A program made the position numbers and the translations under genes. From a virus (taxonomy: Duplodnaviria; Caudoviricetes), in the IMG/VR virus record IMGVR_UViG_3300025141_000081, positions 1 through 63,365 of that record: a stretch of 63,365 nt of DNA. One strand, given 5' to 3'. A model generated the notes under the pieces. That model was not told where the DNA came from. It did no database searches and saw only the letters and a list, made by a program, of their open reading frames with translations. Shown one piece after another: positions 48,473 through 58,575 of the stretch; the stretch's first letter is position 1; the number at the start of each line of letters is the position of its first letter.

Positions 48473-49548
48473 TGAAATTTATGAACAAAAAAGAACAAGT
48501 TTTAGACATTCAGCTAACTCCTTATGGGGAATACCTGATCTCTCAAGGTCGGTTTAAGCCGGAATATTATTCATTTTATGATGACAACATTCTTTATGAG
48601 TCCCAGTACGCCGGTTATGCTGACTCTCAAAATAATATTGAACCCAGAACTCAAGAAGATACGCCACAATTAGAAACACAAGTTGTCTTCTCAGATAGAG
48701 AAGGGTTTGTCAAGAGAGCGCTCGCTGACGTGGATACAGTAGTGGGAGCCACTATAACAGTCCCCATCCGCCATCCTCTTATAAACTCCCACAACATCTC
48801 TCAGGATCCCAGAGAGATCACTGATTCCTTCTTTGAACGTTACAAGTACGGACTACAGCATTGTCTAGGCAGATCAGATATTCTTAAAACAGACGCCCCA
48901 GCTTGGTCAGTGAGTATGCTAAGAGGAGAAATAACCGGTTCAGCGAAAGCCATAACTGGGTCCAATACGCCTGTGATAAACATCCCTCAACTAGATGTAA
49001 CCCTGACTTACAAGATTAATACTGTGTCGGATAGGCAATTTATATCCGACACGGAGTTGGCCATACAATACCCAAATGGACAATATTTAGATGTTAAACC
49101 TGAGATTCTGCTCGCCCAGGTCCTGGAAAAGAACGCAGAGTTCACAAAAGAAAACTTTGACATTGAAGTGTTTGAGGTCTTATCCGGCCCCCTCCCAGGG
49201 ATGATAGACTCGACAGTAGAAGAGTTAAGGCCCTTAAAATTCAAAAGACCGTACAGTTTGATACAAGACAACGTGCTACTGGACAAAGATGAGGTGGATA
49301 TCTCCACACAGCCCTTAACCCCTGAATATGTAGAATACTACTTTGACGTGAAGGTAGGCAGAAAAATCAATAAACAACTTATTTGCTCTTCTCTTGATGA
49401 ACTCAAATTAAAGGGCTTATATGTAGATACAGATGTTGAATGTAAAGATACTAAAAATATTTCTTTAGTTGATATTTACAGTACGGATGCTGCTTCTGAA
49501 CCGTGTCCTGAATTGAATGACCCATGTGAACCCGGAACTGTATACTAA
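48472..49548 (+). CDS. structural protein, paralogous at the N-terminus to the 56493 gene
   Basis: VLDIQLTPYGEYLISQGRFKPEYYSFYDDNILY versus ILDAVLTDVGRRRLARG...FKIAKFALGDDEINY. Confidence 0.7.
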   Translation: MKFMNKKEQVLDIQLTPYGEYLISQGRFKPEYYSFYDDNILYESQYAGYADSQNNIEPRTQEDTPQLETQVVFSDREGFVKRALADVDTVVGATITVPIRHPLINSHNISQDPREITDSFFERYKYGLQHCLGRSDILKTDAPAWSVSMLRGEITGSAKAITGSNTPVINIPQLDVTLTYKINTVSDRQFISDTELAIQYPNGQYLDVKPEILLAQVLEKNAEFTKENFDIEVFEVLSGPLPGMIDSTVEELRPLKFKRPYSLIQDNVLLDKDEVDISTQPLTPEYVEYYFDVKVGRKINKQLICSSLDELKLKGLYVDTDVECKDTKNISLVDIYSTDAASEPCPELNDPCEPGTVY

Positions 49549-52500
49549 TGGCCAGTAAGAGTCAGATAATCCAAAGCTTAATAGGCGATATAGTGCCTTA
49601 TGTTTTTATAGGAAGCATAAAGTTTAAAAATTTTGCTTCCTTAAGAGAGGAAGATACCTTAGTGTCTAAGACAAGCAGCCCTTCTTTTCGTAGAAATCGA
49701 TTTGGAAAAAAAATACCTTTTGCTCGATCTGAGGATAGTCAAGGAAAGGTAGAGAAACCTTATATCGCGGAGGTTACTTTTGTCTTAAATGATTTACTCA
49801 ATAATAGTCATTGGTACAATACTGGGATAGCACCTTCGATGAACATAAAAGTTCTACAAAGTGATAGTGAGAAGACCACAAAGCTGATAAAGGATGGTAG
49901 CATAACAGATATATCTGATTTGAAAGAAAAGTACAGGGATCGTGTTACTCAAAAAATTATTAAAATCCCAAGTGAAAAAGCATTAAGTGATCACGTATCC
50001 AAGGAACTAGAGGATTATAATGATAAATTATGTTCACTATACATAACAGAAAAATTCTTAGTGAAATCAAATCATTTGACATTTTTTGCATTTTGCGAGG
50101 TAGAAGGTCTTGGTCAACCTGGGAGAAGGACGATCCAAAGAGTACTGCATAATAATAAAAAAATTAGAAAGTCACATGTGTATTACCTACCAGATGGTAA
50201 AGTCTGGAAAGGACCGATTCACAAGCACTCAAGTAAAGGATGGATGGCAGGAGCAAAGCACACTTCTCGTTATCATCCAACGTTGGAGCGAGTAGAACAT
50301 CTAAATAACAAAATACAAGATTATCATATATTTGATATTTTAGAAGAAAAACAACAAAATATAATTTTAACCCAAGATATCAAAGAAAAAGGAAAGCTTT
50401 ATTCGGATTTGAGTTTGTCTAGAGACCAGCTTGGTCAAGCTAGGGGGTTATTCGTTTTTGATATTATTGGGTTTCTTAGGCATTATTCCCGTTTAAATGG
50501 ACTGATATCCAAGAGAAATGTAAAGGAGATGCTGTTTCTATCAGAGATAAAGAAATTAAGTATCATTAGAACAAAAGTGGTCAAAGGCTCGCCAGGCGAT
50601 TTTGGGGTAGAGGACCAAAGAGATTTATATGATGTAGTCTGTACGTCCCGTGATATTCCGCACAAATCCACACTGGCTAAAGTCCAAAATAGAATAGATT
50701 CGAATAAGGATGGCGTCATAGACAAAACCATTGGTGCGATAAGGGAAATAAAACTAGCAGGCACAGGCAATAAACGAACATTCACTTTCGTAGACTCCGA
50801 AATTGCAGAGTTTGAATCAGGCAAATATAAATATGGTTTTGAAATATCTGTTGAAGATCCGACTACAAAATTCATCAAAACACAGATACAAAGCCTAGAA
50901 ATGGCAAAAAGAATCATAATCAGCTATTACAATAGAGCTAATAGGAAAAGAAATTTTATACCAGGCACAACGAGGTTTTCTCCTGAGTTTTTAAAATATA
51001 TTAGAACAATATATAATCTAGGTAGCAAGGTAACGACTAGCAAGAGAAAGAAGAAGATAAAGGCTCCTTGGAGGGCTGCGGCAGTGCTTTATATTAAAGT
51101 GCTAGAAAATTTAACGGATACAAGATTCACAAAGTCTGAGAAGCTTGATTTGTACACTACTTTATATCCCGTTTCTGGGGATCTTGAGGGAGTTGAAAAA
51201 TTCATTTTGCTTTTAGATGGTTTGATAAATAAATTATCTTTTTATGATTTAGGAACGGAAACCACAAGAAGGGGCTCGGTTCAGAGACATGGCAGTAAAA
51301 TGAGTAATTTGTTGTTAGACGAAAAAACATTTAAACCAATATTCAATGCCGCACTAGATAAAAATTATGGTTTTAACTATTTTAGGAAAACATTAACTTA
51401 TAATAGCGATAGTTTACCTGTTACTACAAGACGTTCTCTTATAAATAGGTTCAATGTTGAAGTGGGAAAATTCTTTCCCGAGGCTGTGGGGAAGCGTAAA
51501 AACGAGATTAATGATCCATATTTAGAGGGTTTTCGAAGGAACTACTACTCTTATTTATCTCCGATGGCAGTCAATTATCCATCAGGTGAGATTTCTTTTG
51601 CCAAGTTATCCAAGCTAAATGAAAAAGAACAAAAGGATTTGTTATCACATGCTCACGTTCTTTCCCTTAAGAAGAAAAACGGAAAAGACCTACCAAATAG
51701 CGGCATACTAAGTGATGTGAGAGGAGAAGAGACGGAAGAAACATTATCTTTTCTCTTAAGCGAACTGGGAAGCGTAGGTGCAACGATAACCTCTGGAGTC
51801 ACACAACAGGGTCAGTCTGGGAATAATGACGATTTTGTTGACTCTGTCGAATATGTTGGAGAAACAGACAACTTTAAAGAAAAAGAAACGCAAGAACCAT
51901 CTAATATAGAAAATCAGGATTTTGATGATCGTTCACTCCAAGCGATGAAAAGAGTTTTCGGAGGTACGGGCAGAGATTCTACTGCTGATTTTTTGGGAGC
52001 CTCAAGAGATAACGAAAAAATAGATTTAAACCCAAATCAAAAAGATAGCATACAAGCAAGATCATACAAAAAGAAAACAAATGAAGGAATAGACATCCCG
52101 CCCGAACAAAATGATTTAGTCTATAATAGCACAGTCAAAGTTGAGTATACCATAGGGTACGATAGTAAAATGCAGCCAATAATTAAAGCTGACCCCCCTT
52201 TGACAGCCTTACCGTTTGTAGCAACTGTAAAAACCAAGCAGACAGACAGTACTGGCAACTTTGTTGATGAAATATATATCTACGATAATTCTATTTTGGT
52301 TTATGGGAGCGGCCAAGATGTTACTGAAACAATTATAAAAGATGAAGAGCCATGCGATGAAATAGAGCGAGGACCAGAAGAAGAAGAAATAGATTCCCTA
52401 CCTCCACCCCCTACTAATGACCCTTGTCCACCTGGAATGAGCTGGAATGTGTTGACGGGCAGGTGCGAAGACGTTAAGGTAACCCCACCGGGCGATGGTG

Positions 52501-52784
52501 AAACTAGCGTGGTTGTACCTACCCCGCCACCAGATGACTTTGACATACCCGACATGCCAGATGACGATGACGGGGGAGATGACAGTGGAGACAGTAGCGA
52601 GGATACAGTGGTAACAACAAATCCAGAAGAGGAAATGATTATAGTTTCGCAACCATCTACCGTAGTCCAGACGGTCGAAGCCCAGACTATACCTACAGCA
52701 ACAAGTGAGCAGCAGCAGGCTTATTTCAGAAGGGTCAGGGTAGAAAACGACACCCCCAGCGGAGGAAGCTCAAATGGCTATTAA
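49548..52784 (+). CDS. large hypothetical structural-module protein
   Basis: Basic N-terminal two-thirds and an acidic Pro-rich tail; His-rich insert YYLPDGKVWKGPIHKH...WMAGAKH. Confidence 0.7.
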   Translation: MASKSQIIQSLIGDIVPYVFIGSIKFKNFASLREEDTLVSKTSSPSFRRNRFGKKIPFARSEDSQGKVEKPYIAEVTFVLNDLLNNSHWYNTGIAPSMNIKVLQSDSEKTTKLIKDGSITDISDLKEKYRDRVTQKIIKIPSEKALSDHVSKELEDYNDKLCSLYITEKFLVKSNHLTFFAFCEVEGLGQPGRRTIQRVLHNNKKIRKSHVYYLPDGKVWKGPIHKHSSKGWMAGAKHTSRYHPTLERVEHLNNKIQDYHIFDILEEKQQNIILTQDIKEKGKLYSDLSLSRDQLGQARGLFVFDIIGFLRHYSRLNGLISKRNVKEMLFLSEIKKLSIIRTKVVKGSPGDFGVEDQRDLYDVVCTSRDIPHKSTLAKVQNRIDSNKDGVIDKTIGAIREIKLAGTGNKRTFTFVDSEIAEFESGKYKYGFEISVEDPTTKFIKTQIQSLEMAKRIIISYYNRANRKRNFIPGTTRFSPEFLKYIRTIYNLGSKVTTSKRKKKIKAPWRAAAVLYIKVLENLTDTRFTKSEKLDLYTTLYPVSGDLEGVEKFILLLDGLINKLSFYDLGTETTRRGSVQRHGSKMSNLLLDEKTFKPIFNAALDKNYGFNYFRKTLTYNSDSLPVTTRRSLINRFNVEVGKFFPEAVGKRKNEINDPYLEGFRRNYYSYLSPMAVNYPSGEISFAKLSKLNEKEQKDLLSHAHVLSLKKKNGKDLPNSGILSDVRGEETEETLSFLLSELGSVGATITSGVTQQGQSGNNDDFVDSVEYVGETDNFKEKETQEPSNIENQDFDDRSLQAMKRVFGGTGRDSTADFLGASRDNEKIDLNPNQKDSIQARSYKKKTNEGIDIPPEQNDLVYNSTVKVEYTIGYDSKMQPIIKADPPLTALPFVATVKTKQTDSTGNFVDEIYIYDNSILVYGSGQDVTETIIKDEEPCDEIERGPEEEEIDSLPPPPTNDPCPPGMSWNVLTGRCEDVKVTPPGDGETSVVVPTPPPDDFDIPDMPDDDDGGDDSGDSSEDTVVTTNPEEEMIIVSQPSTVVQTVEAQTIPTATSEQQQAYFRRVRVENDTPSGGSSNGY

Positions 52785-55700
52785 AAAATATATTAGCCCT
52801 GATGTCACATTTGGTACGATTCGGGATAACTTTAGAAAAACAATGGGCCAATACTGGGTGGTCAATACTAGTGGGGATTTAGAATATAACCCTGATGCAA
52901 AGAAAATACCAGATCCGGGAATTGGGTTTACTGGCGGTTTTGCCGATCCTGCCGTCCTGCTCATCGAGCCAGAAAACTCTTATGAAAGTATTAGGCAACT
53001 AGAAGTTAGAAGAATAGAAAATTCTTTAGACATTCCACACGAAGAGTATGGTCTTGCTAGAAACGCTCTTCTTGGCATGGCCCAACTAAAATTGAAAGTA
53101 ACCGGCACCGCAGCAGACTATGATTCATTAGGCAAATTTAGGGATGATCTGGCTTTTTTATTCGGCAACTCAGAAGGATTCTATCATGATCGTTGCTTTA
53201 GTTATACGGTACCGGATGTAGATTCCTATTCGTCTACATCGACTTATAATTATTTTGTCGAATCCTATGAAGCGCTGATTCCATCCGTGTACGAAACGGC
53301 TCTTCCAAACCATTATAATATTAATATTATAGACAGAACAGAAGATGAATTTGGATTAACTTTGTTTCCTGGTGGCGCTGGGGTTCTGTCGTCGGTGCCC
53401 ACTACAGTTACCACATATCAGGAAAACCTGGATCATGCGTTGTTATATGGGAAAATCGATTCAAGTATTATAACAGATGATGGACTTTATGAGGATTCTT
53501 ATACTGTACCTGACATTGTTCTTAGCGGGTTAAGCCTTGCAGAATATATAGATGCCGACCTGGAAGCCACTCTTAACTTAAAATATACAAAATACATTGA
53601 GGAGTGGACTAAAAATTATGTAGAATTAGACTCTAGAGAGGCACAGGAAATTGAAGATAGAAGTAAAAATATTATTATATCTACTTTGGGTACCGCCGTT
53701 ATAGAAGAGGATATGAATAACATACTTCCTGTAAAGGATAAAATGCCCTTCTACTCATCGGTCTCTTTCCCATCGGAAGAGTACAAAGCTGGTTTAGATA
53801 ATATTCTTCCTGCCCACACAATCGACCCGATAGCAAAAGTTATATCAGGGAATTCACTTTTTTCTTCTTTTGGTTCACATATAGCTGGGGTTTATGATTC
53901 TTCTTATCAGGATCCGAATCTTGGATTAAACATAGATAATGAATATGCCTTTTCAGGGATGACTTTTTATGACGAATCAGGAGAAGAAACTAGATTATTG
54001 GTCTCTTCATTCTTGGATGTCTATGAAACAGGGCTTCCTACCTTCTCAAACACAAATGCAAAATATAATTCATTTACTTCCGCATTAACATATCCTTTCT
54101 CAGTTTTTAGCTTTTTGTCCAATACTCCTCCGAGTTCTGCTAAATCTTTCGATATAACAAATAAATTATTTATAGATTACGAAACGTATGAAACAAATTT
54201 TGCTAGGGATTTGGCTAGAATAGACGACCCAACCGATCCATTTGTGCCAAACATCGCACAGTATTTGGCTTTTAAAAATTATGAGATGCAAACCACTCGA
54301 TTATCCCACGACGAGCCTGGTCTTGCATCACTTTTGGGAGCCGGATTTGAAGGGGGAATAGTAAATCAAGCAAACTTTTCTTTTGGTTATGAAGACTCAA
54401 CAGATATTGGTCGACTATACACAGGGGCTTTTGAGGATGGCCAAACAGCTTATAACGAAACCGTTATGTATAGAATAGCAAAATATCGAGGAACGGATAC
54501 AACTGCTGCGCCTATACAAAATATGTGGATCCCAAATTCTAAAGCCGACCTGGGAGGTACAAGTATATTAGCCCCTTATAGTGTAGGATCTTACGGATCA
54601 AACATTGAATATATCGACACGCAAGTTAGATACGGACAAGTATACACTTATAAAGTCTCGGCGTTTAAATATTTGTTTGGATTGAAATATCAATACAAAG
54701 AACACAAAGCGCCTGGGATATCTGTGGTAGAAACCGTCCTTGACGAGAGCGCAACAGTAATTGGCTATATAGTCAAATGGACAGGGATGTCAAATTTGTT
54801 TGATGATTGGGAGGCGGCTACTGACTCGATGGCCCCAAACCCTGGAAGTAGCCCCGCTTATCCACACCACGTCTATGCTGAATTAGCAAACCCTGGAGTA
54901 GGTAGCGAATTGGAAATGGCCAATGACTACGCTACATATAGTGATGAAAATATTTATTATCTATCAATAGTCAGGCTTAATGAGATTTTGAAAAGATCCT
55001 GGACCCTCTCTATATTGCCCCAGGGGTTTCCATATGTTGATCCCATGAGGGGTGATTTCCTTAAAGTCCAGGATCTCCTTAACCCAGACTATGATACGAA
55101 TGCGAGTCTACAAGAATTTTTTAGCTCTAACTTGACTTGGGAGGAGTTGACGAGCCCAGGCCCTTTTCCTACAACGGTTATCGATAGAGATATGATCACT
55201 GAATCCACACCAGTAAATTTTACAGAGGGCTCTGCCGATATAGACCTCGCCACCAAGATGGTAGATGGCGAATGGAACTTAGGGCCAAACACTAAAAGTA
55301 AGGTTAAAAACTTTAGCGTAGAAGGCTGGCTAAGATTATGGTTTGGAGCAATTGAGGGAGAGGATTATTCACATTTAAACGATCTGGGGGCGAGGGTAAA
55401 AAAAATGTGGTGCCCTCCTTCGGGACATGTTCTGCCTATATCATCCGGAATCCTCTCGACACCCGTGGCCCTGGTTACCGGGTTTGAAAATCGCTATAGG
55501 ACTGGTAATCCGACTGTAGGAAGTGTGGAGGCTGTTGAACCAGGAGCAGGTTTAACGACCGTGACTACCACAGGGTATGAGGCAGAATATAATCTTAATA
55601 TGTACCCAACAGCTGAAATAGTAGAGGTTCCTTACTTTACTTCTACCACATCTATCTTGTCAAACCCACCTCCACCACCAGAAATATCGGTTATACCTTA

Positions 55701-56442
55701 TCGCGGAGTGAACGATACTTTATTATTCAGTTTTATAGCGACAGACATGGAGATCATAGCCAGTCCAGTCATAATAGAAGAGAGTGAAAAAAACCTATTC
55801 CTCCACCATTCCAAGGCCCAGGGCGTAAATTATGGAGATCCTCTTTTATTCAAGGTAGACGACATTCCATCATTCTTCCAAGTACTCAGAGTGGATAAAG
55901 CACCTTCAAGCTATTCTGATTTTTCTGGTAAACTCCAAGCTACCATATCAACTTTGATACCCGATTCGGATGAGTTTATCAGATCTACTTCGGCCAACTA
56001 TAAAGAAGAATTACAGCCCAATATAAAGTATTATTATACCTTTAGGGCAGTAGACTTCCATGGAAACCTATCAAACCCAACGGCTGTTTACGAAATAGAA
56101 TTGGTTGATGATGGCGGCGCAGTGTATTTGCTTATGCAGACCTACGAATTTCCAATTATATCTGATAAGGTTCCTTCCAAAACAATGAAGAAATTTATTG
56201 AGATTCTCCCTAGACTAGAACAAGTCACCGCAGATGTAAGCCAAAATTTCTTAGATGGCGTCGGGAATGCAGCAGAAGATCCGGACGATCCCATTGATAT
56301 CACGCTCGGCTCAGACTCTATAGCTGATGAAGATAGAATTTGGGACAAGAAATTTAAGATGAGACTAACTTCCAAAAAGACTGGGAAAAAGATTGATTTT
56401 AATATGACCTTTAATAAAAAGGACGAAAGAGGACTTACTTAA
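52774..56442 (+). CDS. large structural protein with fibronectin III-like segments
   Basis: YIDTQVRYGQVYTYKVSA and LQPNIKYYYTFRAVDFHGNLSNPT. Confidence 0.7.
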   Translation: MAIKKYISPDVTFGTIRDNFRKTMGQYWVVNTSGDLEYNPDAKKIPDPGIGFTGGFADPAVLLIEPENSYESIRQLEVRRIENSLDIPHEEYGLARNALLGMAQLKLKVTGTAADYDSLGKFRDDLAFLFGNSEGFYHDRCFSYTVPDVDSYSSTSTYNYFVESYEALIPSVYETALPNHYNINIIDRTEDEFGLTLFPGGAGVLSSVPTTVTTYQENLDHALLYGKIDSSIITDDGLYEDSYTVPDIVLSGLSLAEYIDADLEATLNLKYTKYIEEWTKNYVELDSREAQEIEDRSKNIIISTLGTAVIEEDMNNILPVKDKMPFYSSVSFPSEEYKAGLDNILPAHTIDPIAKVISGNSLFSSFGSHIAGVYDSSYQDPNLGLNIDNEYAFSGMTFYDESGEETRLLVSSFLDVYETGLPTFSNTNAKYNSFTSALTYPFSVFSFLSNTPPSSAKSFDITNKLFIDYETYETNFARDLARIDDPTDPFVPNIAQYLAFKNYEMQTTRLSHDEPGLASLLGAGFEGGIVNQANFSFGYEDSTDIGRLYTGAFEDGQTAYNETVMYRIAKYRGTDTTAAPIQNMWIPNSKADLGGTSILAPYSVGSYGSNIEYIDTQVRYGQVYTYKVSAFKYLFGLKYQYKEHKAPGISVVETVLDESATVIGYIVKWTGMSNLFDDWEAATDSMAPNPGSSPAYPHHVYAELANPGVGSELEMANDYATYSDENIYYLSIVRLNEILKRSWTLSILPQGFPYVDPMRGDFLKVQDLLNPDYDTNASLQEFFSSNLTWEELTSPGPFPTTVIDRDMITESTPVNFTEGSADIDLATKMVDGEWNLGPNTKSKVKNFSVEGWLRLWFGAIEGEDYSHLNDLGARVKKMWCPPSGHVLPISSGILSTPVALVTGFENRYRTGNPTVGSVEAVEPGAGLTTVTTTGYEAEYNLNMYPTAEIVEVPYFTSTTSILSNPPPPPEISVIPYRGVNDTLLFSFIATDMEIIASPVIIEESEKNLFLHHSKAQGVNYGDPLLFKVDDIPSFFQVLRVDKAPSSYSDFSGKLQATISTLIPDSDEFIRSTSANYKEELQPNIKYYYTFRAVDFHGNLSNPTAVYEIELVDDGGAVYLLMQTYEFPIISDKVPSKTMKKFIEILPRLEQVTADVSQNFLDGVGNAAEDPDDPIDITLGSDSIADEDRIWDKKFKMRLTSKKTGKKIDFNMTFNKKDERGLT

Positions 56443-56448
56443 TTAGAG

Positions 56449-56472
56449 ACTATTTAGTATAAGGACTATTTA
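56449..56472 (+). promoter_or_regulatory. tandem putative late promoter motifs (2x GACTATTTAG)
   Basis: ACTATTTA at 56449-56456 and 56465-56472. Confidence 0.65.
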
Positions 56473-56492
56473 GAAAATGGAGAGACATAAAT

Positions 56493-57395
56493 ATGGCTTT
56501 TTTAGATAACAGTGGCGATATCATACTTGATGCCGTTTTAACTGATGTGGGGAGAAGAAGATTAGCTAGAGGAGATGGCAGTTTTAAAATTGCAAAATTT
56601 GCTTTGGGTGATGATGAGATAAACTATAGACTCTATAATCCAAGTCATGCAAGTGGCTCGGCATATTATGACTTAGAGATCCTACAAACCCCTGTGCTAG
56701 AGGCGTTTACAGATCCTGAAGCTCAAATGCACCATAGACTTATTTCTTTAAGAAGGAATGACCTTTTGTACCTTCCCATTTTGGAACTATTTGAAAGTGG
56801 CGATAGCACAAGACACGCTGGTACCAATTCCTTTTTAGTTGCGGTTGATACCGATACGGAAGATGCCCTTGGCGATTTAGGTGGACTTATCTACGGTGCC
56901 GAGGTTGGCTCCGTGTTGAGCAGCTTCGTGCAAATTGATCAAGGTGTGGATGCAAATGGTGTTTTGGCCGTCTCTGCTCTGTCGGGAGATTTGTTAGAGA
57001 CTCAATATCAGGTAGAATTAGATAATAGATTTGGTTCGATATATAACTCTGGCGGATCTCGTGCCCGTGTTTCATTCGTCAACGAACATAGCATGGCTAG
57101 TTACTATGTAGGACTCGGAACAGACGCAACTTATGTATCTAGGATTACGGATCTGAGCGCAGGAGCCTCTTCTATTAATGGCAGGCGAGGCACGAGGCTA
57201 AGCTTTAAGATAGGAGCTTCACTAGATTTAAATGGTAGTACGTCTTTGTTCACAAAGTTTGGCGGTACTTCAACAATTACCGCTGCTGATGCTAGTAGCG
57301 TATCTGTCTATCATATTGATTCTGTTGCAAGAGTAACTGGTGTCACTACTGGCTACAGTATGGATATCCCCATTAGATTCATTAAAAAAGTATAA
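56493..57395 (+). CDS. baseplate/tail-fibre attachment protein
   Basis: MAFLDNSGDIILDAVLTDVGRRRLA...FALGDDEINY resembles the N-terminus of tail-collar fibre (DUF3751-like) domains. Confidence 0.65.
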   Translation: MAFLDNSGDIILDAVLTDVGRRRLARGDGSFKIAKFALGDDEINYRLYNPSHASGSAYYDLEILQTPVLEAFTDPEAQMHHRLISLRRNDLLYLPILELFESGDSTRHAGTNSFLVAVDTDTEDALGDLGGLIYGAEVGSVLSSFVQIDQGVDANGVLAVSALSGDLLETQYQVELDNRFGSIYNSGGSRARVSFVNEHSMASYYVGLGTDATYVSRITDLSAGASSINGRRGTRLSFKIGASLDLNGSTSLFTKFGGTSTITAADASSVSVYHIDSVARVTGVTTGYSMDIPIRFIKKV

Positions 57396-57411
57396 TATAG
57401 GAAGGTAAAAT

Positions 57412-58566
57412 ATGGCAACGACATTTAAAAGCTTAGGTAGTGGTGATGTAACAACGACAAGAACTTTGTTGCATGAATCTATTCCAATTACCGGTTCGAT
57501 AGTTTCTGGTACATATGGTGGAGACGCGGTAGCGCTGGGAGCGGAAGGGCACGTTAAGACATACTCCCATGGAATGTTTGAGAGCGTTTTTGATTATCCC
57601 TATCTAAGCTCTTCTGCCAATCATATTTTTGATATTACTGCTGGGTATGCCTCTACTTCTGTTTTATCGGGAGCGAGCAACACCCAAAATTCTAAGAAAA
57701 TCAATATCTATAATCAGATGGCTCAGGTCCTTGTAGGATATGACATAACTGGAGCAGTTCGCTTATTTGACGAAGACGGAGATATTGTTTCTGGTGGTAC
57801 TAAGCTTAATGAGTGTTACTTCTTAAACTTTACTAGACTACTCACTAAGGATGAAATTAAGAAGGGCTCATTTGAATTAGAGCTTGGGGTTAACAGCGAC
57901 CATGACCAAGCCGGTGGAGTATTCACGAAAAGAATTAAGTTGACAGACACGAGCGGTTCAAATGGATACTTTGTTAATTCGCCAGCTGGCGAATATGGAG
58001 TGCTATTCGCCTCTTCCTCTGTCGGAACTTCTGCTTTGCTAACGAGCGAAACGCTAGGAGACGCAACTACCAATCCAGCATGCGGTTTGATTTTTTATCA
58101 AGCTGGTGTGGCCGTTATTTCGGGTTCTGTGTTTAATGATACCGAAATTGGTGGCATTCTACACAATACCAATACCGACGCTATGGAAATGATAGACGGA
58201 CTTGGTTACAATGGGTTTGATTTTATCACAGGCTCAACTAATGATGTTGTTGCCGACCAGATTAGAAACAGAATTTATAATATCTCTTTCAACAACACTA
58301 CGGAACTTAATTCAACAATCTATTTCTGTAGGGCCAACAATACAGACTTTAATTATAGTGCCAATCCAACGTACCTCTCTACCTCCAATGGGCCTAGTGA
58401 GATTGTTATTAAGGATGGCACGAGAACAAATGATCCATTAACGTATATCACAACTGTCGGTCTTTACTCTGCCGATAACGAATTGTTAGCGGTTGCTAAA
58501 GTTTCTGAGCCCCTAAAAAAGGACCCGTCGAACGAGTTAACATTAAGGGTCCGCTTAGATTACTAA
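57412..58566 (+). CDS. baseplate wedge/tail-collar-like protein
   Basis: C-terminal FNYSANPTY...TYITTVGLYSADNELLAVAKVSEPLKK...LRVRLDY. Confidence 0.7.
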   Translation: MATTFKSLGSGDVTTTRTLLHESIPITGSIVSGTYGGDAVALGAEGHVKTYSHGMFESVFDYPYLSSSANHIFDITAGYASTSVLSGASNTQNSKKINIYNQMAQVLVGYDITGAVRLFDEDGDIVSGGTKLNECYFLNFTRLLTKDEIKKGSFELELGVNSDHDQAGGVFTKRIKLTDTSGSNGYFVNSPAGEYGVLFASSSVGTSALLTSETLGDATTNPACGLIFYQAGVAVISGSVFNDTEIGGILHNTNTDAMEMIDGLGYNGFDFITGSTNDVVADQIRNRIYNISFNNTTELNSTIYFCRANNTDFNYSANPTYLSTSNGPSEIVIKDGTRTNDPLTYITTVGLYSADNELLAVAKVSEPLKKDPSNELTLRVRLDY

Positions 58567-58575
58567 GGAGGGCTT

